Below are positions 1-9,471 of a DNA stretch of 64,000 nucleotides, piece by piece (position 1 is the stretch's first letter; each line of letters opens with the position of its first letter). The translations under genes were made by a program, and so were the position numbers. Under the pieces are notes generated by a model. It was given only the letters and a program-made list of their open reading frames with translations, searched no databases and was not told the origin of the DNA. Source of the DNA: an uncultured Acidobacteriota bacterium (GTDB taxonomy: Bacteria; Acidobacteriota; Thermoanaerobaculia; UBA5066; Gp7-AA6); NCBI GenBank assembly GCA_963823185.1, contig CAWGKP010000011.1, positions 413,805 to 477,804 on the forward strand, given 5' to 3'.

Positions 1-83
1 TGCTGCGCGACGTCGAATCCGAGGCGTCGCGCCTCCTCGGCTTTCTCCGCCCGGGTCGTGACGAGAACGAGGCGGCCGGACAT
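1..83 (-). CDS. 5' end of probable HAM1/RdgB-family non-canonical purine NTP pyrophosphatase (runs off window)
   Basis: Manual translation from ATG at 83 gives MSGRLVLVTTRAEKAEEARRLGFDVAQ, resembling the HAM1 N-terminus (hydrophobic strand-T-x-x-x-K-x-x-E). A CAGAAT -10-like hexamer lies 6 nt upstream. Only 27 codons are visible. Confidence 0.45.
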   Translation of the reverse strand, partial: MSGRLVLVTTRAEKAEEARRLGFDVAQ

Positions 84-159
84 CGCGCGATTCTGACATG
101 GACGATCGCGGCGGCACGCCCGGCGTGCGGCGGCGCCGCGCGCCGCTAGAATGATTCCG

Positions 160-1893
160 ATGTCCTCCGGCTCCCGGGAGTCTCGCTGCCCGCGCTGCGG
201 CGCGGCTGTGCCCGGGGACGCCCGCTTCTGCCCGTCGTGCGGGCAGGCGTCGATGCGACTCACACCCGGGCAGATCCTCGACGGCAAGTACGAGATCCTC
301 GACAAGCTCGCCGAGGGCGGCATGGGCGAGGTCTACCGGGCGCGCCATCTCCACCTCGACGAGATCCGCATCATCAAGGTGACCAAGCCCGACGCCGCGG
401 GCGAGGGATTCGAGCCGCGCCGCTTCCAGGCCGAGGCCCGGCTCGCGACGCTCGTGCGGCATCCGAACGTCGCCGCCCTCTACGATTTCTCGCGCCTTCC
501 GGACGGCTCCTTCTACATGGTCTGGGAGTTCATCGACGGCATCACGCTCGAAGAATGGCTGCGGCGGCATGGGCCTCTGCCGGCCGCGCGAGCGCTCGAG
601 GTCGCGCGGCAGATCCTGGCCGGCCTGGGAGAGATCCACGCGCAGGGCATCGTGCATCGCGACCTCTCTCCCGACAACATCCTGCTCCGCGAGAGCGCCG
701 ACGGCCGCCTCCAGGCCAAGATCATCGACCTCGGCATCGCCAAGCGCGTCGCCGCCGATCCGCTCGAGCGAACGGGCACGGGGCTCTTCCTCGGGAAGCT
801 CAAGTACTGCTCGCCCGAGCAGGCCGGGGCCCTTCCCCGCGGCGAGACGCTCGACGCGCGCAGCGATCTCTACTCGTTCGGCGTCGTGCTCTACGAGATG
901 GTCGCGGGAAAGCCGCCCTTCGAGGCGCAGACGCCGGAGGCGTATCTCGGCCAGCACCTCCACGCGGCGCCGCCGCCCCTCGACACGCGCCGGCTGCCGG
1001 CCGCCGTCGGTCCGCGGCTCGCGGCGATCCTCAAGCGCGCGCTCGAGAAGAATCGCGACCGGCGGTTTCGAAGCGCCGAGGAGTTCCGGCGAGCGCTCGA
1101 GGAGCTCGAGCCGGCGGCGCAGGAGACCGTCGCGATGCCCGCCGGCCCCACGCGCCGCGCGCGCCGGCCCTTCCCGTTCGCGGCGGCCGCCGGCCTCATC
1201 CTGCTCGCCGGCGCGCTCGCCATTTACGCCGTGATCCACGGGATCAAGCCCTCGCGGGCCGCGGCAGCCGCGGCGGAGCGCACCGAACTTCCACCCGCGG
1301 AAGCGGAAGCGACACCGACGATCGCCCCTCCGCCGACGCCGGAGGATGCGGCCGCCGGCGCGGTCACGTCGCTGCCGGCGGCTTCCGAGCGCTCCCGCGC
1401 CTCGAGCCGCAGCGTGGCCGACCCGTCCGAGGCCGGGCGCGTCGCGACGGCGCGCCCCACGCCGGCGCCTCGCCCGACGCCGGAACCCTCTGAGTCCGCC
1501 GGGGAGGTCGTCGAGGAGACCGTCGAGCCGCCCGCGAAGATGGACGAGCACGGCGCGACCCGCTTTCGCGAGTTCCTCTCCGCCTGGCACGGCCTCCCGC
1601 CAGAGCGCCAGTCCTTCGAGGCGCGCGCGCTGGCTCGCGGCGCGAATCGCTTCGTGAAGGCGTATCCGGACGACGCTCTGACCGCCGACCTGCGCCAGAG
1701 ACTTCCGTCGGAATTTCGCTCCGCGGCCCACCGGGAGCTCGACCTCGGCCGCCGGCGGTCGGCGCTGCGCTTTTACGCGGCTTACAAGGAGCTCGAGTTC
1801 GCTCCGGCCGACGCGGCGCTCGATCGGCGTTTCGCCGATCTGCCCCTTCCCCGCAACGGCCGGCCCGACGCGAACCCGGCCAACCCGAACTGA
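160..1893 (+). CDS. Ser/Thr protein kinase with N-terminal zinc ribbon, TM helix and Pro/Ala-rich extracytoplasmic tail
   Basis: CPRC..CPSC ribbon; EGGMGEVY, HRDLSPDN, DLGIAK, YCSPEQ and SDLYSFG kinase motifs; hydrophobic segment AAAGLILLAGALAIYAVI. Start at ATG 160 chosen over 151 because TAGAAT occupies 147-152. Confidence 0.93.
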   Translation: MSSGSRESRCPRCGAAVPGDARFCPSCGQASMRLTPGQILDGKYEILDKLAEGGMGEVYRARHLHLDEIRIIKVTKPDAAGEGFEPRRFQAEARLATLVRHPNVAALYDFSRLPDGSFYMVWEFIDGITLEEWLRRHGPLPAARALEVARQILAGLGEIHAQGIVHRDLSPDNILLRESADGRLQAKIIDLGIAKRVAADPLERTGTGLFLGKLKYCSPEQAGALPRGETLDARSDLYSFGVVLYEMVAGKPPFEAQTPEAYLGQHLHAAPPPLDTRRLPAAVGPRLAAILKRALEKNRDRRFRSAEEFRRALEELEPAAQETVAMPAGPTRRARRPFPFAAAAGLILLAGALAIYAVIHGIKPSRAAAAAAERTELPPAEAEATPTIAPPPTPEDAAAGAVTSLPAASERSRASSRSVADPSEAGRVATARPTPAPRPTPEPSESAGEVVEETVEPPAKMDEHGATRFREFLSAWHGLPPERQSFEARALARGANRFVKAYPDDALTADLRQRLPSEFRSAAHRELDLGRRRSALRFYAAYKELEFAPADAALDRRFADLPLPRNGRPDANPANPN

Positions 1894-1905
1894 GGAGCGG
1901 AAGAG

Positions 1906-3573
1906 CTAGCCGGCGCCCTCGCGCGGACGCGCTGCGGTCGAGGAGCGATCCATCGTCTCTTCCGGCGAGGCGGGACCGAGGACCTTGTACATCGGCACGG
2001 AAGCCGACAGGCCCTTGAGCGAGTAGTGCCCGAGGCGCGCCACCTTGTAGAGCTCGCGGACGGCGTCGTAGGTGGCGGGCCCGATCACGATGTCTCCGGC
2101 CGTCGCGACGAACTCCTCCATGCGGGCGGCGACGTTGACCGCGTTGCCGACGACCGTGTAATCCACGCGCGTCTTCGAGCCGAGGTCGCCCACGATCGCC
2201 TCGCCCGTGTTGAGGGCGATCCGCACCTCGATCGGCGGCTCCCCCGCCTCGGCGCGCTCTTTGTTCCAGGCTTCGACTCCGGCGCGCAGCCGCAGCGCCG
2301 CCTCGACGGCCCGCGCCGCGTGATCCGGCTGGTCGATGGGCGCGCCGAAGAACGCCATCGCCGCGTCGCCGATGAATTTGTCGATCGTGCCGTCCTGGGA
2401 AAAGATCGCGTCCGAACAGAGCGTGAAGAAGCGGTTCAGCTGCGCGGCGAGCGCTTCCGCGGCCATCTTCTCCGACCACGTCGTGAAGCCGACGAGATCG
2501 GCGAACAGGATCGTCACCGTCTTCGTCCGCGCGACCTCGTGGTCGCCGGTCGCGTCCACGTCCGCGATGATTTCCTGGACGACCTGGGGCGAGTGGTAGC
2601 GCTCGAGCCGTCCCCGGATCCGCTTCTCCTCGGCGGCCCGCTCGTTGAGACGCGCCCGCTCGATCGCGACCGCGGCGAAGTTGGCGAGCGCGGTGAGCAG
2701 ATCGAGATCGCGCTCGGTGAAGGTGCCGGTATGGAGCGGCGAATCCACGTGAATCACGCCGATGACCGTGTCGCGATACCACAGCGGGGCGCACATCGCC
2801 GAGCGGATCTGCTGCATGCGGATCGACATGCCGGCTCCGAACCGCTCGTCCACCTGCGCGTCGGACGTGAGCACGGCCACCTTCTTCTGCATCACCATGT
2901 CCACGATCGTCCGGGAGTAGGGCGCCGAGCCGTCGGAGGTTGCGCGCGGCCGTTCCTTCAAACGGTTGACCCGGAGGTTGAGCAGGCCGTCCTCCTCGAG
3001 CAACAGGAAGCCGCGGTCCACGGGCAGGTACTCGAAGATCAGGTCCATGACTTTCTCGAGCACCGTCTCGATGTCGTCGGCCGAGATCAGCGTCTTCGCG
3101 ACCTGGATCAGGATCTCGAAGACCTTGTTCTTGTAGGCGACGTCGAGCACGACGCGCTTGCGGTTCTCGGTGGACTCGACCCGCGGCGCGTCCTTCTCGA
3201 GCCCGAAATCCAGGTTGAATTCCGAGATCGGGCGGATGCAGGTGGAGGTCGAGTCGAGCGCCACCGCGGGAGGCGGAGCCTCGGCCGATTCGACCTCGCG
3301 GAACACGAGGCGGAACGTGCCGATGACGGCCTCGTCGCCGTCCGTGACCGCCCACTCGGGCACGGGCCGGTCCTTGACCCGCACGCCGTTGGTCGAGTGG
3401 TTGTCCCGCAGCATCCAGACGCCGTTCTCGCGGCGCAGATATGCATGCCGCCGCGAGACGGAGAAGTCGTTCAGGACGATGTCGTTGTCGGTCGCGCGAC
3501 CGATCGTCGCCTGATCGCTCGTGAGATTGAAGGCCTGGGGCCGGCCGTCCGTCTCGTAGAGGACCTGCAGCAT
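1906..3573 (-). CDS. FHA-GAF-class III adenylate cyclase
   Basis: FHA motifs IGR..SRRHA..STNG; GAF segment (SAMCAPL..IGVIHVD); cyclase motifs FADLVGFT, DKFIGDA and YTVVGNAVNVAAR. Confidence 0.93.
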   Translation of the reverse strand: MLQVLYETDGRPQAFNLTSDQATIGRATDNDIVLNDFSVSRRHAYLRRENGVWMLRDNHSTNGVRVKDRPVPEWAVTDGDEAVIGTFRLVFREVESAEAPPPAVALDSTSTCIRPISEFNLDFGLEKDAPRVESTENRKRVVLDVAYKNKVFEILIQVAKTLISADDIETVLEKVMDLIFEYLPVDRGFLLLEEDGLLNLRVNRLKERPRATSDGSAPYSRTIVDMVMQKKVAVLTSDAQVDERFGAGMSIRMQQIRSAMCAPLWYRDTVIGVIHVDSPLHTGTFTERDLDLLTALANFAAVAIERARLNERAAEEKRIRGRLERYHSPQVVQEIIADVDATGDHEVARTKTVTILFADLVGFTTWSEKMAAEALAAQLNRFFTLCSDAIFSQDGTIDKFIGDAAMAFFGAPIDQPDHAARAVEAALRLRAGVEAWNKERAEAGEPPIEVRIALNTGEAIVGDLGSKTRVDYTVVGNAVNVAARMEEFVATAGDIVIGPATYDAVRELYKVARLGHYSLKGLSASVPMYKVLGPASPEETMDRSSTAARPREGAG

Positions 3574-3730
3574 CGGATTCGAAAAGTATAGAACGCCGCG
3601 GCGACCGCGCGGAGGACTCTAGCAGGTTGCCGAAAGAGGGTGTGGGATGGCGTTACGAGCGCCGCGGGGTCAGGCGCCGGGGAAGCGCAGACGGAAGTAT
3701 GCGGCGATGCCATGGCATCGGAGAGGAGCG

Positions 3731-4741
3731 CTAGCGCAGCCGGAACTCGATGCGAACTTCCTTGCGGGAGGCGACGGGCCCCTGCTTCCCCCGCGCCGGC
3801 TTGTACTGCCAGCGACGAACCGCGCCGACGGCGCTCTCCGTGAGCCCCATCGGCAGGCCGCGCACGACGTCCACGGCCGTGACCCGTCCGTCCGCGTCGA
3901 TCGTGACCGCGAGAACCACGGTCCCCGAGACGTTCGCGCGGCGGGCCGCGTCCGGATACGCGGGATCGACCTTCGAAGTGAGCTCCGCGGGCTGGACCGC
4001 GCCCCCGTCCGCAGGAGCCAGCGGCACGACGGCGGGAGGCGGCGCCTCGCTCCCGGCGCTTTCCGCGCCCCCGGTCAGGGGCAGCGGCTGCGCCAGTTCG
4101 GTCACCTCGAGATTCTTCAGCACACGCTCGCGAGCCGGCGTGACGGCGGGCTGCCGCGGATCGGCGGGGATCAGGTCCACCTTCGACGACTCGATGAACG
4201 CGAGGCCGCCATCCTCTCCGCGCAGCGCGTAGTAGTCGTGGTCCACGGCGTACACCGAGACGACAGTGCCCTTGGGCAGGCTCCCCGACTGGGCCGCGAC
4301 CGGGAACGGGGCGGCGCGCAGCTCCGCGTCCTCGGCGACGACGCCCGACACCACCGGGAAGGAGAAGACCGTGGAGGCGCGGCGCTTGCGCGCGTCGCGG
4401 TCCGAGTCGCGCTCGAGGGACTCGGCGGACAGGAAGCCCTTGCCCGCCGTCGATTGGACCTCGACCCAGAGGCCGGCCTCTTGCCGGATCTCGATACGGG
4501 CACCCCGCGCCAGCTTCGCGACGGTGCGGGCGCCGGCCGACGGCTCGCTCTTGAGCTCCGCCTCGTCCGCCGTCACGGTCGCCGCGATGCGCGGCGGAGC
4601 GGCCGCCCGGAGAGCCGCGCGGGGCTTGAAGAGAGTCGCGAGCGCCCCGATCGACAGGACGAGGATCACGAGCGATGCGATCAACACCGCCCGCCGCGAG
4701 AAGCGGGCCGACCGGGCCCGTCGCGCGGGCGCTTCGCTCAT
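3731..4741 (-). CDS. TonB C-terminal domain protein with N-terminal anchor and SH3b-like domains
   Basis: TM helix; two SH3b-like segments (..GLWVEVQ..GKGFL; ..DYYAL..GLAFI); TonB_C motif PAYPDAARRANVSGTVVL..WQYKPA. ATG at 4741 overlaps the arcB stop (ATGA). Confidence 0.8.
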   Translation of the reverse strand: MSEAPARRARSARFSRRAVLIASLVILVLSIGALATLFKPRAALRAAAPPRIAATVTADEAELKSEPSAGARTVAKLARGARIEIRQEAGLWVEVQSTAGKGFLSAESLERDSDRDARKRRASTVFSFPVVSGVVAEDAELRAAPFPVAAQSGSLPKGTVVSVYAVDHDYYALRGEDGGLAFIESSKVDLIPADPRQPAVTPARERVLKNLEVTELAQPLPLTGGAESAGSEAPPPAVVPLAPADGGAVQPAELTSKVDPAYPDAARRANVSGTVVLAVTIDADGRVTAVDVVRGLPMGLTESAVGAVRRWQYKPARGKQGPVASRKEVRIEFRLR

Positions 4742-5658
4742 GCGGCGCCGAGGAGCGTCAGCAGGAGGGCCTTCTGCGCGTGGAGGCGGTTCTCGGCCTG
4801 ATCGAAGACCGCCGAGGCCGGCCCGTCGATCACCGAAGCCTCCACCTCTTCGCCGCGGTGGGCGGGGAGGCAATGCAGGAAAATCGCGTCGGAGGCCGCC
4901 ATGCCGAAGACGCGCGCGGTCACGGCGTAGTCGTGGAACGCCTTCACGCGCGCCGCGGCCTCTTCCTCCTGCCCCATGGAGGCCCAGACGTCCGTATAGA
5001 CGGCCTTCGCGCCGGCGAGCCCCTCCTCGAGCGAGGTCGTGACCCGGATCGAGCCGCCGCTCTCGGCCGCCGCGGCGCGCGCCCAGCCCACCACCTCCAA
5101 GTTCGGCGCGAACCCCTTCGGCGTGACGACCGTCACGCGCGCGCCGAGCTTGGCCCCGGTGACGAGGAGGCTGTGCGCGACGTTGTTTCCATCGCCGACG
5201 TAGCAGAGCGGAAAGCCCTTCACGCCGCCGAAGCGCTCGCGCACCGTCTGGAAATCCGCGAGCGCCTGGCAGGGATGCAGCAGATCCGACAGCCCGTTGA
5301 TCACCGGGACCGACGCGTGCTCGGCGAGCCCGTCCACCGTGGCCTGCGCGAACACGCGCGCCATGATCGCGTCGACGTAGCGGGAAAGCACCTTCGCCGT
5401 GTCGGAGATCGGCTCGCCGCGTCCGAGCTGGAGGTCGCGGGAGGACAGGAACATGCCGACGCCGCCCAGCTGGAACATCCCGGCTTCGAAAGAGACGCGC
5501 GTGCGCGTCGACGACTTCTCGAAGATCATCGCGAGCGCGCGCCCCGAGAGCGCGCCGCGGTAGCCGCGCGGATCCTTCTTCACGCGCGCCGCGAGATCCA
5601 GGATCCCCGCGATCTCGGCGCCCTTCCAGTCGTTCTCCCTCACGTAGTCCCGCTTCAT
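4738..5658 (-). CDS. arcB: ornithine carbamoyltransferase (catabolic context)
   Basis: FEKSSTRTR, HPCQ, YTDVWASMG, HCLP and DQAENR motifs; in an operon with arcA and arcC (argF family). Confidence 0.95.
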   Translation of the reverse strand: MKRDYVRENDWKGAEIAGILDLAARVKKDPRGYRGALSGRALAMIFEKSSTRTRVSFEAGMFQLGGVGMFLSSRDLQLGRGEPISDTAKVLSRYVDAIMARVFAQATVDGLAEHASVPVINGLSDLLHPCQALADFQTVRERFGGVKGFPLCYVGDGNNVAHSLLVTGAKLGARVTVVTPKGFAPNLEVVGWARAAAAESGGSIRVTTSLEEGLAGAKAVYTDVWASMGQEEEAAARVKAFHDYAVTARVFGMAASDAIFLHCLPAHRGEEVEASVIDGPASAVFDQAENRLHAQKALLLTLLGAA

Positions 5659-6635
5659 GCCGTCGCCTCCCGAATCCGCGTCCCCGTCCTTCCGTCGAGA
5701 GCCTCGGCGAGCGACTCCGACCGCGTGATGAGCACCTCGCGCCCGCCCGCCTCGATGTATCGGATCGCCGCGTCCACTTTGGGACCCATGCTTCCCGGCG
5801 GGAACTGACCCTCCGCCAGCAGCGCCTTCGCCTCGCGGGCGGAGATCTCCGGCAGCTCGCGCTGAGTCGGCTTCCCGAAGTCGCGCGAGACGCGCTCGAC
5901 TCCGGTCAGCACGATGAACAGGTCGGCCTGCAGCGAAGCGGCGAGCATCGAGGCAGCGTAATCCTTGTCGATGACCGCCTCGACACCCCGGATCTCCCCC
6001 TCCTCCGTGACGACGACCGGCACTCCCCCGCCGCCGGCCGCGATGACGATGTGCCCGCGATTGACGAGCGCCGCCGTGACCTCGACCCCGCGGATCGCGA
6101 CAGGGCGCGGCGACGCGACCACCTTGCGCCAGCCGCGGCCGGAGTCTTCGACCATCGTCCAGCCCATTTCGTCCATCAGCCGCTCCGCCTTCTCCTTCGA
6201 GAAGAACGGTCCCACCGGCTTCGTTGGCTTGTCGAAAGCGGGGTCGGCGGCGTCCACCTGAACCAGCGTCACGATCGTCACGACTTCCTTGCGGAAGCCG
6301 GCCTTCGAGAGCTCGTTCCCGAAGGCGAGCTCGAGGAGAAATCCGATCGAGCCCTCCGTCTGCGCGACGCAGAAGTCGAGCGGCTGTCGCGGCACGCGAT
6401 CGGCCGCGGCGTCGGCCTGGATGAGCACGTTTCCGACCTGCGGCCCGTTGCCGTGCACGACGACGAGCTCATAGCCTTTTCCGAGGATCGGAAGCAGCTT
6501 CCGGACCGCCTCGCGCGCCCGTCCGATCTGTTCTTCCGTCGTGCCCGAGTCTTCGGGCCGCAGAAGGGCATTGCCGCCGAACGCCACGACGGCGAGGGGT
6601 CGGACGAACGAGAAGAACGGCGTGCGGTTGATCAT
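5655..6635 (-). CDS. arcC: carbamate kinase
   Basis: AFGGNAL, HGNGPQVG, KPVGPF, GGGGVPV, EAVIDKD and GSMGPK motifs. Confidence 0.96.
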   Translation of the reverse strand: MINRTPFFSFVRPLAVVAFGGNALLRPEDSGTTEEQIGRAREAVRKLLPILGKGYELVVVHGNGPQVGNVLIQADAAADRVPRQPLDFCVAQTEGSIGFLLELAFGNELSKAGFRKEVVTIVTLVQVDAADPAFDKPTKPVGPFFSKEKAERLMDEMGWTMVEDSGRGWRKVVASPRPVAIRGVEVTAALVNRGHIVIAAGGGGVPVVVTEEGEIRGVEAVIDKDYAASMLAASLQADLFIVLTGVERVSRDFGKPTQRELPEISAREAKALLAEGQFPPGSMGPKVDAAIRYIEAGGREVLITRSESLAEALDGRTGTRIREATA

Positions 6636-6645
6636 GCGGGCCGCG

Positions 6646-7935
6646 TCAGGCCGGGAGGTCTTCGCGGACGAGGGGCATCGCCATGCAGCGCGGGCCGCCG
6701 CGCGCGCGGGAGAGCTCGTGCGCCGCGAGGCGGATGACGTACTTCTTCTTCTTGCGCATCTGGAGCTCGGCGCGGCCGAGCAGCAGATCCGCCTCGTCGA
6801 CGACGGAGTAGCCGTGGCGCGCGAGCTCCTCCGCGGTGCGCTCGTTTCGGTCGTACGTGAGGACGACGCCCGGCGCCATCGCGAATGCGTTCGCCCCGTC
6901 GGTCCACTGCTCGCGCCGCTCGGCGATCGGATCGGTCCCGCCGCAGCGGATCGGCTTCAGATCCATCTTCTGCGCGCGCAGCGCCGAGAGCAGATCCTTC
7001 TCCGTCGTCCAGGTGATCTCGCGCTTGGTCAGGTCGCACTCGTAGACGTCCGCCTCCTCCGCGCCGTCGGGAAGGATCATCGGCCCGTAGACGAGGCACT
7101 CCTCGCGGGAGATGACGGTGAAGACCGTATCGAGGTGCATGAACGAGCGCGCGGGAGGGATCGCAACGACGAAGATGCGCTTGATCGGGGACCGCCGGCT
7201 CTTGAAGGACTCGGCCAGGCGCTCGATCGTCGTCTTCTCCGTGCGCTCCGAATACCCGATCGCGAGCATGTCGTCGCGCAGCACGAGGATGTCGCCGCCC
7301 TCGAGCGTCGGGCGCATTCGCGCGTACGAGGACGGCCGCCGGTAATCCGTCGAGAACTCCTGAAACCAGAACCGGCCGCCGTCGGTCTCGAATCGCGGGT
7401 GGAACTGGAAGACGTACCCGGAGAGGAGCGGCTCGCGAAGCCGCGCCGGCGTGGCCATCGAGCCGCGGATCGCGCGGTCGCCGACGACGACCAGCGGATC
7501 GCGCTGGAAGAAGTAGTTGGGGACTGGCGGCAGGTAGTACAGCTCCTCCGTCGAGCTGGCGATCTCCTGCGCCGGGCGCTCGATCCCGGTGATGAGCGTC
7601 GCGGCCAGGGCCTCCGGCGTCAGGTCCTGCAGCCGGTAGTCCATGTCCGGCCCCCAGGAGAGAGCGCGCCCGAGGTCGCCCAGGATCGCCGACCGCTGCT
7701 CGGGAACCGCGAGGACCTCCTCGAGGAGCTGCTGGACGTCGAGGACCTCGTCGGCGAGAAAGCTGAGGACCTGCTGGAAGCGCCGGTGCTCCTCGCGGGC
7801 GCGGCTGCCGTAGAGGATGTCGTCGAAGAGGAGCTCCTCCATCATCGAGGGCACCATCCGGTCGATCTCGGGCCCCGGAAGGTGCACGAGCACCGACTTC
7901 AGCTTGCCGATCTCGGAGGTGACGTGAAGGCTCAT
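6646..7935 (-). CDS. arcA: arginine deiminase
   Basis: SEIGKL, LLFDD, FQRDP, LEGGD, MHLDT and RGGPRCM (catalytic Cys) motifs. Confidence 0.95.
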   Translation of the reverse strand: MSLHVTSEIGKLKSVLVHLPGPEIDRMVPSMMEELLFDDILYGSRAREEHRRFQQVLSFLADEVLDVQQLLEEVLAVPEQRSAILGDLGRALSWGPDMDYRLQDLTPEALAATLITGIERPAQEIASSTEELYYLPPVPNYFFQRDPLVVVGDRAIRGSMATPARLREPLLSGYVFQFHPRFETDGGRFWFQEFSTDYRRPSSYARMRPTLEGGDILVLRDDMLAIGYSERTEKTTIERLAESFKSRRSPIKRIFVVAIPPARSFMHLDTVFTVISREECLVYGPMILPDGAEEADVYECDLTKREITWTTEKDLLSALRAQKMDLKPIRCGGTDPIAERREQWTDGANAFAMAPGVVLTYDRNERTAEELARHGYSVVDEADLLLGRAELQMRKKKKYVIRLAAHELSRARGGPRCMAMPLVREDLPA

Positions 7936-7997
7936 ACCCGCGAAAAACGGGGCATTCTATCAGAGGGTCCGCTGCGGACCCGCCCCGCGGACACCCG

Positions 7998-9107
7998 TCA
8001 GGAAGGCGGAAGCAGCGGCAGCGACGCGTCGGTCTGCGCGAGCTCCCCTTCCGCGCGCTCGCCGATGCCCTCGAGCCGCGCGGCGAAGCGGTCGAGAGCG
8101 CGCGTCGCGAGCTCGTACTGCTTCTGCGTGTTCTGCAGATGCGCGCCGAGCTTTCCGAACGGCTCCTCGACGCGGTCCCACAGACGCCCGAGCTCCGCGA
8201 GCTTCTCGCCGATCTCGCGCGCGCTCTGCTGGAGCTCGAGTCCCTTCAGGCCCATCGCCACCGTCGCGAGGTACGCGTAGAGGAGGCGCGGCGAGACCGG
8301 GATGACGCGGCGCTCGACGGCGTAGTCCGCGAGCGACGGCCCTTCGCCCGCGACGGTTTCGCCCGCGATCTCGCTGTAGACCGCTTCGGCGGGAACGTAC
8401 ATGAGCGCGAAGTCCGTCGTGCCGGCCTCCGGCCGGATGTACCGCGTGCGGATCGCCTCGACGTGCCGGCGCACGTCCGCGCCGAAGTCCCGCTGCGCGC
8501 GGCGCCGCTCCGGCTCCTCGGCGCCTTCGCGCGCCCGGCGGAAGTTCTCCAGCGGAAACTTGCTGTCGACGGGGACGATGCGCTCGCCGAGGAAGATCGC
8601 GGCGTCCACGATGGCGTCGCCGAATCGGTACTGCATCTGCCAGCAGCGCGGCGGCAGGACCTGGCGCAGGGCCTGCTCGAGGAAGGTCTCCCCGAGCGCG
8701 CCGCGCAGCTTCGGCGGCTTCAGCAGGTCCTCGAGGCGCGTGACGTCGCCCGCGAGCTTCTCGATCTTCTGGGACGCCTCGAAAATGCGGCCCATCTTCT
8801 CGCCGACTTCCTGGAGGAGGCGCCCCGACCGGCCCAGGTGATCCGTGAGGTTTTTCTGGCTGTCGGCCAGCCGCGACTCGACGCCCTGCACGCGCTCCTC
8901 GACCGCGCGGCGCATCTCCGCGAGCCCCCGGTCGATCGCCTCGGCGGCTTGCCGCGACGCGGCCGACTCGGCGAGCACACGCCCCAGAAGCTCGTCCGGC
9001 GCCTTCCGCGATCTCGACAGGCGCACGGCGAGCGCGACGATCGCCGCGATGGCGATCGCGAGAGCGGCAGCGGCGGCCGGAGCCCAGCCGAATCCCGATG
9101 AGGGCAC
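7998..9107 (-). CDS. rmuC: DNA recombination protein RmuC
   Basis: N-terminal TM and coiled coil; RGALGE..L, VDSKFPLE, YIRP..TTDFALMYVPAE and VIPVSP motifs. Confidence 0.92.
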   Translation of the reverse strand: MPSSGFGWAPAAAAALAIAIAAIVALAVRLSRSRKAPDELLGRVLAESAASRQAAEAIDRGLAEMRRAVEERVQGVESRLADSQKNLTDHLGRSGRLLQEVGEKMGRIFEASQKIEKLAGDVTRLEDLLKPPKLRGALGETFLEQALRQVLPPRCWQMQYRFGDAIVDAAIFLGERIVPVDSKFPLENFRRAREGAEEPERRRAQRDFGADVRRHVEAIRTRYIRPEAGTTDFALMYVPAEAVYSEIAGETVAGEGPSLADYAVERRVIPVSPRLLYAYLATVAMGLKGLELQQSAREIGEKLAELGRLWDRVEEPFGKLGAHLQNTQKQYELATRALDRFAARLEGIGERAEGELAQTDASLPLLPPS

Positions 9108-9159
9108 GGTTCGATCCTCCGCCCCGGGCCGGACAGATGATGTCCGAGTGGAGTAACCG

Positions 9160-9240
9160 GTCCTTAGTCCTTAGTCCTTAGTCCTTAGTCTTAGCCATTG
9201 TTAGCCCGTAGTAGGGACCAGGGACTGGGGACTAGGGACT
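9160..9240. repeat. inverted pair of heptamer tandem-repeat arrays (GTCCTTA x4 / TAGGGAC-like x4)
   Basis: GTCCTTA repeated exactly four times at 9160-9187 plus a partial copy; TAGGGAC-CAGGGAC-TGGGGAC-TAGGGAC at 9212-9239 is a near reverse complement. Confidence 0.85.
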
Positions 9241-9270
9241 GATTCCGTTCCTCGTGCGAAAATAGTCTCG

Positions 9271-9471
9271 ATGGAACGCCAGGACCCCCGGTTGCCGAAG
9301 CCGGCCGAGGACCGCGAGATCGACTACCTCATCTGCCAGACCTGCATGACGCCCTCCTACGTCTTCGAGATGGAGGGCTCGCGGATCTCGGAAGCCCAGT
9401 GCCTGGTCTGCGGCAACGACGAGCCCGCGCAGTTCACCCCGGGAGAAGATGCCGGCAGTGACCAGGGCTGA
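9271..9471 (+). CDS. small zinc-ribbon-like hypothetical protein (66 aa)
   Basis: CQTC...CLVC cysteine pairs, normal composition and GC3-rich codons; overlaps the purB start. Confidence 0.7.
   Translation: MERQDPRLPKPAEDREIDYLICQTCMTPSYVFEMEGSRISEAQCLVCGNDEPAQFTPGEDAGSDQG

Noticed and set aside
1864-1893. Kinase C-terminal ANPANPN as related to the NPNIS repeat
   Set aside because: It is too short and low in complexity to support any relationship.
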